A stretch of DNA of 60,027 bases, filler included. It is 4 parts of 4 records of this genome, joined end to end, with 100 filler letters (N's around TTAATTAATTAA, not from the genome) between each part and the next. Parts side by side here need not be neighbours in the genome. Positions count along the whole stretch, not along the records: positions 1 to 19,343 come from SRR31156797_6619; 3 more parts are not named here. The stretch is one strand, 5' to 3'. A program made the position numbers and the translations under genes. Below, one piece after another: positions 1 to 9,335 of this stretch (the first letter of the stretch is position 1; the number at the start of each line of letters is the position of its first letter). The notes below the pieces were generated by a model. That model was not told the DNA's origin, ran no database searches, and was given only the letters and a program-made list of their open reading frames with translations.

Positions 1-25
1 CCCCCCCCCCCCCCCCCCCCCCCCC
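1..25. other. poly-C run at window/contig edge (probable sequencing or assembly artefact)
   Basis: 25 consecutive C at the very start. Confidence 0.6.
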
Positions 26-44
26 ATTATATACATTTTAATTA

Positions 45-79
45 TGTCATTTCGACAGAGCGGGGAGAAGGAGAAATCT
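45..79 (+). repeat. REP-like intergenic element of the TGTCATTTCGAC...GGAGAAATCT type
   Basis: TGTCATTTCGACAGAGCGGGGAGAAGGAGAAATCT resembles a dispersed repeat I recognise from Bacteroidota intergenic DNA; single copy here. Confidence 0.45.
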
Positions 80-185
80 ATAATTTTGCACCAATAGTTA
101 TTTCGCGAAATCAGGTTACCTGAAGTTAAAATTCTGTTCAGAACAAAAAGAAATGATTCCTGGGGGAGATAGGATGCTGTAAAAC

Positions 186-222
186 TAATTCATCCGATGG
201 CTTTGAGTCATCGGATGAATTA
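186..222. repeat. long inverted repeat downstream of yidC (REP-like or terminator)
   Basis: TAATTCATCCGATGGCT-TTG-AGTCATCGGATGAATTA, 17-bp stem with one G-T pair, 7 nt past the yidC stop. Confidence 0.65.
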
Positions 223-229
223 GGAAATA

Positions 230-2170
230 TTATTTTTTCTTTCCGCTTTTCGGATCGTAACCGCGCTGTTTGGCCATGTCTTCAAGCCGTTTCTGGAAAC
301 TGGATTTCTTAACCGGCTTTTTCTTGTTGGCCAGAATCTTTCTCCTGATCTTATCTTCGTCAATCGAACGGCGAATCACAAACATCTGCCCAAATGTAAT
401 CAGGTTGGCCAGCAGGTAGTAATAACTCAATCCTGAGGCATAACTATTAAAGAATCCAAGGAACATGATCGGCATGAGGTACATCATGGTTTTCATCCCC
501 GGCATTTGTGAGTTTGCCGAGCCCATCATATCATTGTTGATCTTTGTATAGAAGATGGTTGAGATCGTCATTAAAAGCGTGAACAAACTCACGTGATCAC
601 CATAAAATGGAATAGTGAACGGAAGATTTAAAATTGAATCATAACTGGATAAATCGTGCGCCCACAGGAAAGACTCCTGCCGCAGCTCAATGGACGACGG
701 GAAGAACCTGAACATGGCAATCAGGATCGGCATTTGCAAGAGCATTGGCAAACACCCCGCCATGGGGTTCACCCCGGCTTTTTTGTAAAGCGCCATGGTG
801 GCCTGCTGCTTTTTCATGGCATCTTCCTTTTTGGGGAATTTCTTTGACAATTCCTCCACTTCAGGCTTTAGCACCCGCATTCGTGCCGATGATAGGTAGG
901 TTTTGTAGGCAATCGGAAATAAAACTAACTTGAGTAAAATGGTAAGTATCAGGATCACAATACCATAGTTCCAGCCATATCCGCCCAGCCAGTCGAAAAC
1001 AGGGATCACAGCGTACCTGTTAATCCATGCCAGCAGAAAGAAACTCCAACCCAACGGAACCTGGCGTTCGAGGTCAAGACCGTATTTTTTGAGCGTGTTG
1101 TACTTGTTCGGGCCGAAGTAAAATGAGGTAGCAAATTGTTGTCCGGGAAGGTTTTGAAAGGGCACACCAATTATGGCCTCCATGTTCCTCAAATAATGCG
1201 GATCGGTCTCATCCTCGCGGGTAAAAGCCTTAATATCTGCATTTTCGAATGCGCCGTCGGCGATGAATGATGAAACAAAAAACCGAGATTTGAATGACAG
1301 CCACTTCACTTTTGTGACCAGGCTTTCTTCATCATCACTACGTTCGGAGAGATAATCTACATTATCCTGGTAATATTTATAATAAATGGATGATTCCTGA
1401 CGATCATTTTCGAGGCTTTTCTCCTGGCGCCGCATTTCGGTTTTCCAGGTCAGGTTCAGAAAACTGGTTCCGGGATCTACAATTCGATTCATCCCTACCA
1501 TGTTTAAATCGTAATCAACCATGTACTTGTCGCCGTAAATCGTGTATAAATACTCAATGTATCTTTCTTTGCCATCGCCCGCATCGGCATAAAGCCGCAT
1601 GGCAAACTGGATAGAATCATTGCCGGAAACAAAAATCGAATCTTTGCCCTGGAGAGAAACAGACTTTACTACGGGTTCAAAGAAAAGATTATTGGTGTTG
1701 ATACTGCGATTGTTCGCAAAAAAGGTATACCCGAAAGTCGTTTTCTCGGTGTTGTAAAGAATAAGCGGCAGTGAGTCATATGTTTGATACTCTTTAAGTT
1801 CTGCGTTTACAATTTTACCGCCGACATTGGAAATCCTGAGTTTAATCTTTTCATTTTCAAGGGTGAAATATTTTTGTTCGCCGGTTCCTGCTTTGGCGAA
1901 ATACCCAAACTTGTCGATCAGTTCAGTTTGAACCAGGCTGTCGTCTATATCAGGTTCATCAATAGCAATCTGCTGAGCGGGAGTTTCCTGATTTTGATTA
2001 AGTAGCTGAACGGAGTCGCGGTATCTTGCTTGCTGTTCCTGCACCCTGGCAATCGAATCCTGTACATACTGCCTTCTTAATCTTTCCTCCTCCGAAGGTG
2101 AGGTGTAAATGGTGTATCCAATAAAAATGGCCAATATCAGGAGTAAACCAAAAATTGTGTTCCTGTCCAT
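230..2170 (-). CDS. yidC: membrane protein insertase YidC
   Basis: N-terminal TM, periplasmic domain, GNYGIVILILTI, GVNPMAGCLPMLLQMPI, FLWAHDLS motifs. Confidence 0.97.
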   Translation of the reverse strand: MDRNTIFGLLLILAIFIGYTIYTSPSEEERLRRQYVQDSIARVQEQQARYRDSVQLLNQNQETPAQQIAIDEPDIDDSLVQTELIDKFGYFAKAGTGEQKYFTLENEKIKLRISNVGGKIVNAELKEYQTYDSLPLILYNTEKTTFGYTFFANNRSINTNNLFFEPVVKSVSLQGKDSIFVSGNDSIQFAMRLYADAGDGKERYIEYLYTIYGDKYMVDYDLNMVGMNRIVDPGTSFLNLTWKTEMRRQEKSLENDRQESSIYYKYYQDNVDYLSERSDDEESLVTKVKWLSFKSRFFVSSFIADGAFENADIKAFTREDETDPHYLRNMEAIIGVPFQNLPGQQFATSFYFGPNKYNTLKKYGLDLERQVPLGWSFFLLAWINRYAVIPVFDWLGGYGWNYGIVILILTILLKLVLFPIAYKTYLSSARMRVLKPEVEELSKKFPKKEDAMKKQQATMALYKKAGVNPMAGCLPMLLQMPILIAMFRFFPSSIELRQESFLWAHDLSSYDSILNLPFTIPFYGDHVSLFTLLMTISTIFYTKINNDMMGSANSQMPGMKTMMYLMPIMFLGFFNSYASGLSYYYLLANLITFGQMFVIRRSIDEDKIRRKILANKKKPVKKSSFQKRLEDMAKQRGYDPKSGKKK

Positions 2171-2203
2171 GAATTTTGTGTTTTCCGTTTAAAAATTCGG
2201 GCG

Positions 2204-2211
2204 CAAAGATA
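2204..2211 (-). promoter_or_regulatory. Bacteroidota primary-sigma -7 element for yidC
   Basis: TATCTTTG on the minus strand matches TAnnTTTG, 34 nt upstream of the ATG. Confidence 0.65.
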
Positions 2212-2330
2212 GTTAAAATGCCCTGATTGGCGCCCTCAAATACCATACCGCTAAACAAATAAAATCTGTCAAGTTTCGCGCAGCGATTGTGGTTTAACTA
2301 ATCTGTGTGATTTGGTAAGATTTTACGCAC

Positions 2331-2366
2331 AAAAAAAAGGGAACGTGTATTCACTGTTCCCTTTTT
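2331..2366 (-). terminator. intrinsic terminator at end of the cco cluster
   Basis: AGGGAAC/GTTCCCT stem flanked by A8 and T5 tracts, just past the cytochrome c stop. Confidence 0.7.
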
Positions 2367-2387
2367 GATATTTCAATAATTGCAAAA

Positions 2388-2852
2388 TTATTTGCGCTGT
2401 GCTTTTACGTCATCGATTGTTACGTAGCCTGCATCGTTCCCCCAGCTGTTCAGTACGTAGTTCACTACATCACGAACTTCTTCATCTGTCAATTCAACCA
2501 CAGTCATAATTCCACCGGGATAGGTCGTGCCATTTACTGTAATGGGTTCCTTTGACCCGTACATGGTTTGCCTGATCGCCCTGTCTTTATCTTCCAACAG
2601 GTAATCAGCACCTGCAAGTGGTGGAAATGATGGTGGCAAACCCTGACCTGTAACCTGATGGCAAACAAAGCAGGTGCCTTTTCCCTCATAAATTGCTTTA
2701 CCAGCTGCCATACTGGCTTCTGCATCAAAATCTTCCAGTACAAATTCTGTATTTACAGCCGAATTGTCATCCATTGAGGTAAATGATGACATAGAAACGA
2801 ATAAAGAGGTTGCAAAAAATACTGCAACCAAGGTGATAATTGTTTTTCTCAT
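2388..2852 (-). CDS. exported monohaem cytochrome c
   Basis: signal-like N-terminus MRKTIITLVAVFF, CFVCH haem motif, FPPLAGADYL; start moved to the MRKT ATG to avoid overlap with the upstream gene. Confidence 0.88.
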   Translation of the reverse strand: MRKTIITLVAVFFATSLFVSMSSFTSMDDNSAVNTEFVLEDFDAEASMAAGKAIYEGKGTCFVCHQVTGQGLPPSFPPLAGADYLLEDKDRAIRQTMYGSKEPITVNGTTYPGGIMTVVELTDEEVRDVVNYVLNSWGNDAGYVTIDDVKAQRK

Positions 2853-2887
2853 TTTTGATCGTATTAAAAAATTAAACATTTGATTAA

Positions 2888-3610
2888 TTAACAACAACTG
2901 TGACCATTGTTCAATTCGGTATCCACTTTTAGTTTATGATCCGGTGGTGAAACAAGGTGAATTCCTAAGCCCAAACCCTTCAACACAAACCAAAGCCCCA
3001 TCATAACAATGAATACAGGAACAGCCTTGCGCATGTAGCGACGAACCGGCATGGTCACAAAATTGCCCAATAAATTCAGGCCCAGCATAATCGGGATAGT
3101 TCCCAACCCGAACAGTGCCATATAAATCATGCCGTTTACAGCATTTCCGGCTGCCAGCGAAAGACCGATTGCGGCATAAACAGGGCCACACGGAAGCAGG
3201 CCATTCAATAATCCAATTGAAAATAAAGACGAATAACTCTTCCTGTCGAATAGCAGTCCAAGTTTCTCTTTCAACTTATTTACCATTGGATACAAAGGTG
3301 ATTTAGCTGCAAGCGAATTAAAAAGTAAAGGAAAGAAAACCGACACAATCATGATAATTCCAATGGAAATCGACAATGATTGCTGAAGCCCGGCAAGACG
3401 AAACCCCTGGCCAACAATCCCAAATACCAGCCCCATGGCTGCATAGGTAATTGCCCGGCCAATGTTGTAAACGAATGCACTGGCTACTCTCGCGGCAAAA
3501 GTATTGCTTTTTAAAGGCAACGAAACAGCAATGGGTCCGCACATCCCAATACAATGAAATCCCGTAAGGAATCCAAAAATTAGTGCAGCAGATATCAGAT
3601 CAATTTCCAT
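2888..3610 (-). CDS. TauE/SafE (DsbD_2) family membrane protein, cbb3 maturation-associated
   Basis: HCIGMCGP and GLLNGLLPCGPVY motifs; typical position in cco clusters. Confidence 0.9.
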   Translation of the reverse strand: MEIDLISAALIFGFLTGFHCIGMCGPIAVSLPLKSNTFAARVASAFVYNIGRAITYAAMGLVFGIVGQGFRLAGLQQSLSISIGIIMIVSVFFPLLFNSLAAKSPLYPMVNKLKEKLGLLFDRKSYSSLFSIGLLNGLLPCGPVYAAIGLSLAAGNAVNGMIYMALFGLGTIPIMLGLNLLGNFVTMPVRRYMRKAVPVFIVMMGLWFVLKGLGLGIHLVSPPDHKLKVDTELNNGHSCC

Positions 3611-3632
3611 GAATCAGTGTTTACCTTATGTT

Positions 3633-4082
3633 CTATTTTTCGATATAGATCTCCTGCTCGGCGAAATAAAATGAACCCTTATGCGCCCAGTCCACTTTAA
3701 CAACATATTTTCCTTTATCCAAAGCACTATTGGGTATCCGTTGAAATCCCTCCGGATCAGGTTTTACCAGAATAAAAACATCTTTAACCCCGGACGACGG
3801 CCTGAACAATTGTATTTCTCCTGTTAAGCTATCGTAATTAAAAAGATCGGGGAATTTTATCTCAATCCAACCATTTTCGTTTTTAATGGTCAACCGCTCT
3901 TTTAACCCGAAAGCATTGTTCCGTTTTTCAATCATACTCTGGTGTGCCAACTCACGTGGATAATAATCCTCATGAACCAGGTTAATGCTGTTATTAAAAG
4001 CATAATATACCAGCGTTCCCATGGCCACCATAAAAAGGAATAATACCAACGCAATCCCTGTTCCCCAGTTAAATTTTATCAT
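3633..4082 (-). CDS. ccoH: FixH/CcoH family protein
   Basis: NWGTGI N-terminal TM, DYY..EL, LFRPS motifs; follows ccoG. Confidence 0.85.
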   Translation of the reverse strand: MIKFNWGTGIALVLFLFMVAMGTLVYYAFNNSINLVHEDYYPRELAHQSMIEKRNNAFGLKERLTIKNENGWIEIKFPDLFNYDSLTGEIQLFRPSSGVKDVFILVKPDPEGFQRIPNSALDKGKYVVKVDWAHKGSFYFAEQEIYIEK

Positions 4083-4094
4083 TAATAAATTGGT

Positions 4095-5498
4095 TTAGTT
4101 TGGTCCCACAAAGGTAACATCAATTTCCTCGATCAGTTCATCACCGCTGTATACACCAAGGGTAATGGGTATTTTATCCTGAACTTTATCCCGGTCGAGG
4201 TAAACGAAAAACACGCCTTCTGTTGATCTGGCACCTTTTACCACAAGATCACCAGCAGGAATTAATATTTTACCCTCATGCGACAGGAGTTTAATATCTA
4301 TGGTAAAATCCTCCCGCTTTTTATTCACCACCTTGATGTTGTAGAGGTTACTTATCTGGTTGTTATCCTGTTCCTGGTAGAGCATACCCGGAGTTCGCAG
4401 GATTGTGGTTTCCACATCAGGCCTGCTAAACAGAAGATAATTGAGAAATCCAAATAATACAACCAGTACCACGATGTAAGCGATAAGCCTGCCGTTAAGT
4501 TTCAGTTTTGATCCGGTGGAAATACTCCGCTCAGAATCAAAACGGATAAGGCCTTTGGGCAGGCCAACACGTTTCATGGTATTGTTGCAGGCATCAATAC
4601 AGGCAGTACAGTTTACACATTCCAACTGTGTTCCATTTCTAATATCAATAGCTGTAGGACACACCTGGATACATGCTTTACAATCCACACAATCACCTTT
4701 TCCTTCAGCTTTTCGGTCTTCACCTTTTTTATAGGGTGCGCGTTTTTCGCCCCTGTTATAATCATAGGCCACAACGATGCTGTTCTTATCAAGCAACACG
4801 CCCTGGAGTCTGCCATAAGGGCAGAGAATAACACAAACCTGTTCCCGGAACCAACTGTAAATAAACAGCAAAAAACCTGTTAAAATAGTTAATGCAATCA
4901 ATGCTGCACTGTTTTCAGCAAATGGCTGACCAAGCAGGTCGATCAGATTATCCAGGCCAATAACCCAGGCAAATAAGGTAAGTGCGATCAGATGAGCAAT
5001 GGCTATAAAAATGATGTATTTCAAAAGCCGTTTCCAAAACTTTTGGAATGTCATGGGGCCTTTGGCTAGCTTACGCTGTTTAGCTCCGTCTCCATCAATC
5101 CAAAATTCTATTTTACGAAATACCATCTCAAGGAATATGGTTTGGGGACATGCCCAACCACACCAAAAACGGCCCAACGCTACCGTGAATACCACGATAA
5201 AAACAATGAGGGTAAGCATCATCACAGCAAAAATGTAGGTATCCTGGGGCCAGAAAATCTGGCCGAAAATGATGAATTTCCGGTGTATCACATCAATTAA
5301 AAATAATGGTTCACCGTTCATTTTCAGGAAAGGCATCCCAAAAAAGAAAATCAATAATATCCAGGAAACCATTAACCTGTAGTTGTGTAACTTGCCTTTT
5401 GGCCTTTTGGGATAAACATATTCACGATTACCATCCTGGTTTATCGTTGCAATACTGTCCCTGAATGATTCATCTGATTTTGGCCCGGATTCAGTCAT
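4095..5498 (-). CDS. ccoG: cbb3 oxidase accessory ferredoxin-like protein CcoG
   Basis: GRFWCGWACPQT, CPYGRLQ, CVDCKACIQVCP and ECVNCTACIDAC motifs. Confidence 0.96.
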   Translation of the reverse strand: MTESGPKSDESFRDSIATINQDGNREYVYPKRPKGKLHNYRLMVSWILLIFFFGMPFLKMNGEPLFLIDVIHRKFIIFGQIFWPQDTYIFAVMMLTLIVFIVVFTVALGRFWCGWACPQTIFLEMVFRKIEFWIDGDGAKQRKLAKGPMTFQKFWKRLLKYIIFIAIAHLIALTLFAWVIGLDNLIDLLGQPFAENSAALIALTILTGFLLFIYSWFREQVCVILCPYGRLQGVLLDKNSIVVAYDYNRGEKRAPYKKGEDRKAEGKGDCVDCKACIQVCPTAIDIRNGTQLECVNCTACIDACNNTMKRVGLPKGLIRFDSERSISTGSKLKLNGRLIAYIVVLVVLFGFLNYLLFSRPDVETTILRTPGMLYQEQDNNQISNLYNIKVVNKKREDFTIDIKLLSHEGKILIPAGDLVVKGARSTEGVFFVYLDRDKVQDKIPITLGVYSGDELIEEIDVTFVGPN

Positions 5499-5539
5499 AG
5501 TTTTTTCTCAAGGTCATTGATTTCATTTTTTTTAAATAA

Positions 5540-5587
5540 CCAAACCCCGACAAATCACCTCATGCAATCAGCATTGTCAGGGTTTGG
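5540..5587 (-). terminator. intercistronic hairpin between ccoP and ccoG
   Basis: minus strand CCAAACCCTGACAA...TTGTCGGGGTTTGG, 14-bp stem with one G-U pair, followed by TTATTT. Confidence 0.5.
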
Positions 5588-5615
5588 ATTGTTACTGAAG
5601 CTTGCAAAACTGATC

Positions 5616-6209
5616 CTAATTAATTAATTCCCCCTGTGGATCTTTTTGATTTGGTGGGTTTGTCCCCACCAGGCTCAGCACATAACTCCCCACCTCTACT
5701 ATCTGTTCCTGTGTTAACTGATCCTTATAAGGTGTCATTCCTTTGGTTGGCACACCATTATAAATCACATTGTAAACATCTTCGATGGTATTTCCATGGA
5801 TGAAGTAATTATCCGTAAGGTTTGGACCAATGGCGTTACCCTCGCCTTGCATGCCATGGCATGTAACACAAAGTTTTTCTTTAAAAATTGCTTCCCCGGC
5901 CGCCAGATCTTCTTCTGATGTCAAAAGCACCATTTCGGTAGTTGAGGTTTCTGATTTATGTTTTTCAACGTTCACGCCGGCTTCTGCCATTTGCGCAGCA
6001 TATTCTTCGTCCTGGGTTAACCCAACATCATAAACATGATAATATACAAAGTAAATAACTGAAAAAACAACCGTGATGTACCAGATATACATCAGCCACG
6101 GCGGAATGGGATTGTTTAATTCTTTAATTCCGTCGAATTCGTAATCTAATGGCTTACCATCGTATTTTGGCTTATATGAGTTTTCTTCTTTATATGAATT
6201 TTCTTCCAT
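5616..6209 (-). CDS. ccoP: cbb3 oxidase subunit III, short monohaem CcoP
   Basis: FDGIKELNNPIPPW N-terminal motif, single CVTCH, IGPNLTD. Confidence 0.92.
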   Translation of the reverse strand: MEENSYKEENSYKPKYDGKPLDYEFDGIKELNNPIPPWLMYIWYITVVFSVIYFVYYHVYDVGLTQDEEYAAQMAEAGVNVEKHKSETSTTEMVLLTSEEDLAAGEAIFKEKLCVTCHGMQGEGNAIGPNLTDNYFIHGNTIEDVYNVIYNGVPTKGMTPYKDQLTQEQIVEVGSYVLSLVGTNPPNQKDPQGELIN

Positions 6210-6221
6210 GATCGGTAAAAA

Positions 6222-6422
6222 TTAATGGTTAATGTTTATTTCATCATTTTTTTCATCTTCATTACCCAGCGGACTATTGGCCATATCATCCACAAAACCT
6301 CTATCCAGGTGATAAACGTAATACAGCAATCCAAGGAAGAAGGTGAAGAATATAAAAATCCCAATAATGGGGAAGATAGCCACACCTTCGATGTTTTCCA
6401 GATAATGAATTACAATTCTCAT
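6222..6422 (-). CDS. ccoQ: cbb3 oxidase subunit CcoQ
   Basis: 66-aa single-TM protein between ccoNO and ccoP; ATG overlaps the ccoNO TGA. Confidence 0.85.
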   Translation of the reverse strand: MRIVIHYLENIEGVAIFPIIGIFIFFTFFLGLLYYVYHLDRGFVDDMANSPLGNEDEKNDEININH

Positions 6423-8929
6423 TTCATACTTATTTGAGTTTCATAAAGCTCACCCTGAGGTTCTTTGGCATTTTCAGGGTCAGTACCTTGCATGGTGATA
6501 ATGAAGCTGGTTAGCGCCACCATCTGTTCTTCGGAAAGTTGTCCTTTCCAGCTTTGCATACCTTTTAGCGGCATTCCAACTGATATGGTTTTGTAGATAT
6601 CTTCTGGTGAACCGCCTGTAAGCCAGTACTTATCAGTGAGGTTTGGGCCGATCTGGTTTCCTTCGCCCTGTTTACCATGGCACACCACACAATTTTTATC
6701 ATAAACCAGTTTGGCTTCGGCCAGTGCATTTCCGTCGGTAGGCAACGGGAGAGGCAAACCGGCATGGCCGTGGCCCGAATCGGCAGGTTCAGCGGTTTTT
6801 GGCATCTCCGAAATATCCCTGCCCAAACGTTGCATGTAAGCGATCAGAGCAATGATCTGTTTTTGCGGCTCAATCTCTATACCTGATTCGCCAAGGCCGT
6901 CGGCAATTTTCGTAGCCTGTTTCATCAGGTCATCATTGGCTTTTTCAGCATAGCCTTCAGGATAAGGTACACCCAGCGATTGCATTACCTCAATCTTCCT
7001 GGGTGTTGATTCCAGGTTAATGTCTTTTTTGAACAACCATGGATATGCTGGCATAATGGATTGTGCGTTCATCCCCTGTGGATTCAGCATGTGGTTATAG
7101 TGCCATGCATCCGGTTTGTACATTTTGCCGGAAACTACCCCTGCCCTGGCAAGGTCCGGCCCGGTTCTTCGAGAACCCCACAAGAATGGGTGGTCGTATA
7201 CAAACTCACCTGCCTTCGAATATTCACCATACCTTTCAGTTTCAGACCGGAAAGGACGAACCATTTGTGAGTGACACCCCACACATCCTTCCGAAATATA
7301 AACATCACGCCCCTGCAACTCAAGTGGCGTATAAGGTTTTACACTTTCGATGGTTGGAATATTCGACTTCACCAAATACATCGGAATGATTTCTACAGCA
7401 CCGCCTATCAAAATCGCGATCAATGCCCAAACTGTAAACTGAACCGGCTTTCTTTCGAGCCATGAATGAACGGCTTCGCCAAATACACGTTTCGAAGGTG
7501 TTTTTTCCAATGGAGGAGCTGAGGCTTCTTCATCGGCAACAAAGTTTCCACTTTTTACGGTTTTAATTAGATTGTAGATCATAATGAGAGCCCCTAGCAG
7601 ATAGAGAACACCACCAAATATCCTGGTGTAGTACATTGGCATGATCTGCGTTACCGTTTCAAGAAAGTTGGGATAAGCCAGGAAACCATCGGCTGTAAAC
7701 TCTTTCCACATCAAAGTTTGGGTGATCATAGCCCAATAAAGTGGAACGGCAATAAACAGGATACCCAGCGTTCCTAACCAAAAGTGAACATTTGCAAGTT
7801 TTTGTGAGAACAATTTTGTCTTGAATATTCTTGGGAACATCCAGTAAAAAATCCCGAATGTCAGGAAACCATTCCATGCCAAAACGCCAATATGCACATG
7901 AGCAATTGTCCAGTCGGTAAAGTGGCTGAAAGCATTAACGTTTTTCAATGAAAGTACGGGGCCCTCAAGTGTGGACATTCCGTATCCGGTTACAGCAACT
8001 ACCATAAACTTCAACAAAGCTGAGTCACGAACCTTATCCCAAACACTGCGTAAGGTAAGCAATCCGTTAACCATGCCGCCCCATGATGGTGCAATAAGCA
8101 TGATAGAAAAAATCACACCCATTGTTTGTGCCCAGTCGGGTAATGACTGATATAGCAAGTGGTGAGGGCCTGCCCAGATATAGAGGAAAATGAGCGACCA
8201 AAAGTGTAATACCGACAACCTGTAAGAATAAACCGGGCGATTAGCCGCCTTTGGCAGGAAATAATACATCAACCCCAGGTATGGAGTAGTCAGGAAAAAT
8301 GCCACCGCATTGTGGCCGTACCACCACTGAACGAGCGCATCCTGAACACCTGCAAATAGTGAGTAACTCTTCCACATGGAAACCGGAATCTCAAATGAAT
8401 TCACCACATGCAGCACAGCAACCGTAATAAATGTTGCGATATAAAACCATATAGCCACATACATGTGCTTAACCCGCCTAACCAGAATAGTTCCGATCAT
8501 ATTCCAGCCAAACACAACCCAAATAAGTGTGATGGCAATGTCGATGGGCCACTCAAGTTCGGCATATTCCTTCGATGTTGTGAATCCAAGAATTAAGGTG
8601 ACCGCTGCCGCAACAATAATCAACTGCCAGCCCCAGAAATGTATCCAACTCAAACGGTCGCTGAACATCCTGGTTTTTAACAACCTCTGCATTGAATAGT
8701 AAACACCGGTGAAAATGGCATTTCCTACAAAGGCAAAAATAGCAGCATTGGTGTGCAGCGGGCGCAATCGGCCAAATGAGGTATATTCAATACCAAAATT
8801 TAAGGCCGGAAAGGCCAACTGCAATGCAATCACCACGCCAACTAAAAACCCCACGATACCCCACAACAGTGTGGCGTAGGCGAAGTACTTTACAATTTTG
8901 TTGTCGTAAAAAAACTTTTCATGCTCCAT
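6419..8929 (-). CDS. ccoN: fused cbb3 oxidase CcoN-CcoO with an extra C-terminal CcoP-like cytochrome c domain
   Basis: GRLRPLHTN, QWWYGHNAV, WAGPHHL, HVH; CcoO part EGCVGCHSQMVRP and WGSRRTGPDL; third domain CVVCH..IGPNLTD. Confidence 0.96.
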   Translation of the reverse strand: MEHEKFFYDNKIVKYFAYATLLWGIVGFLVGVVIALQLAFPALNFGIEYTSFGRLRPLHTNAAIFAFVGNAIFTGVYYSMQRLLKTRMFSDRLSWIHFWGWQLIIVAAAVTLILGFTTSKEYAELEWPIDIAITLIWVVFGWNMIGTILVRRVKHMYVAIWFYIATFITVAVLHVVNSFEIPVSMWKSYSLFAGVQDALVQWWYGHNAVAFFLTTPYLGLMYYFLPKAANRPVYSYRLSVLHFWSLIFLYIWAGPHHLLYQSLPDWAQTMGVIFSIMLIAPSWGGMVNGLLTLRSVWDKVRDSALLKFMVVAVTGYGMSTLEGPVLSLKNVNAFSHFTDWTIAHVHIGVLAWNGFLTFGIFYWMFPRIFKTKLFSQKLANVHFWLGTLGILFIAVPLYWAMITQTLMWKEFTADGFLAYPNFLETVTQIMPMYYTRIFGGVLYLLGALIMIYNLIKTVKSGNFVADEEASAPPLEKTPSKRVFGEAVHSWLERKPVQFTVWALIAILIGGAVEIIPMYLVKSNIPTIESVKPYTPLELQGRDVYISEGCVGCHSQMVRPFRSETERYGEYSKAGEFVYDHPFLWGSRRTGPDLARAGVVSGKMYKPDAWHYNHMLNPQGMNAQSIMPAYPWLFKKDINLESTPRKIEVMQSLGVPYPEGYAEKANDDLMKQATKIADGLGESGIEIEPQKQIIALIAYMQRLGRDISEMPKTAEPADSGHGHAGLPLPLPTDGNALAEAKLVYDKNCVVCHGKQGEGNQIGPNLTDKYWLTGGSPEDIYKTISVGMPLKGMQSWKGQLSEEQMVALTSFIITMQGTDPENAKEPQGELYETQISMK

Positions 8930-8950
8930 TGTTAATCATTTTAATGAGAG

Positions 8951-9169
8951 TTATTCTTTGTTATCACTTGGTTCCTTTTTTTGGTTGGGTTTGTTATCGG
9001 TTTCTGGTGGGTGATCTTCTGATTCCGTTAATTCGTCATCGAAAAGCATCCGTACAGAAGGTGTGTAATCGTCATCAAATTGTCCGTCTTTGGTAGCCCA
9101 GAAAAAGGCAGTTAAAAATCCTGCAGCAAGGAACAGGCTTATAATGATGAGTACAAAGAGAATTGACAT
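8951..9169 (-). CDS. ccoS: cbb3 assembly protein CcoS
   Basis: TM followed by FFWA..GQFDD. Confidence 0.92.
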   Translation of the reverse strand: MSILFVLIIISLFLAAGFLTAFFWATKDGQFDDDYTPSVRMLFDDELTESEDHPPETDNKPNQKKEPSDNKE

Positions 9170-9202
9170 GAATTATATTTGAGTATCCGATTACCTAAAT
9201 GG

Positions 9203-9210
9203 CAAAAATA
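9203..9210 (-). promoter_or_regulatory. Bacteroidota -7 element upstream of ccoS
   Basis: TATTTTTG on the minus strand, 34 nt before the ccoS ATG. Confidence 0.5.
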
Positions 9211-9335
9211 TCACAAAAACAAAAGACTTACATATGAAAACAATCAAACGCGTTAATTTTTACTCTGTCTAAATAGGTGATAATTAATCAATGAATCTGA
9301 TAATCAATTGACCCGGCAGAACAGAAGTTTGGTTA

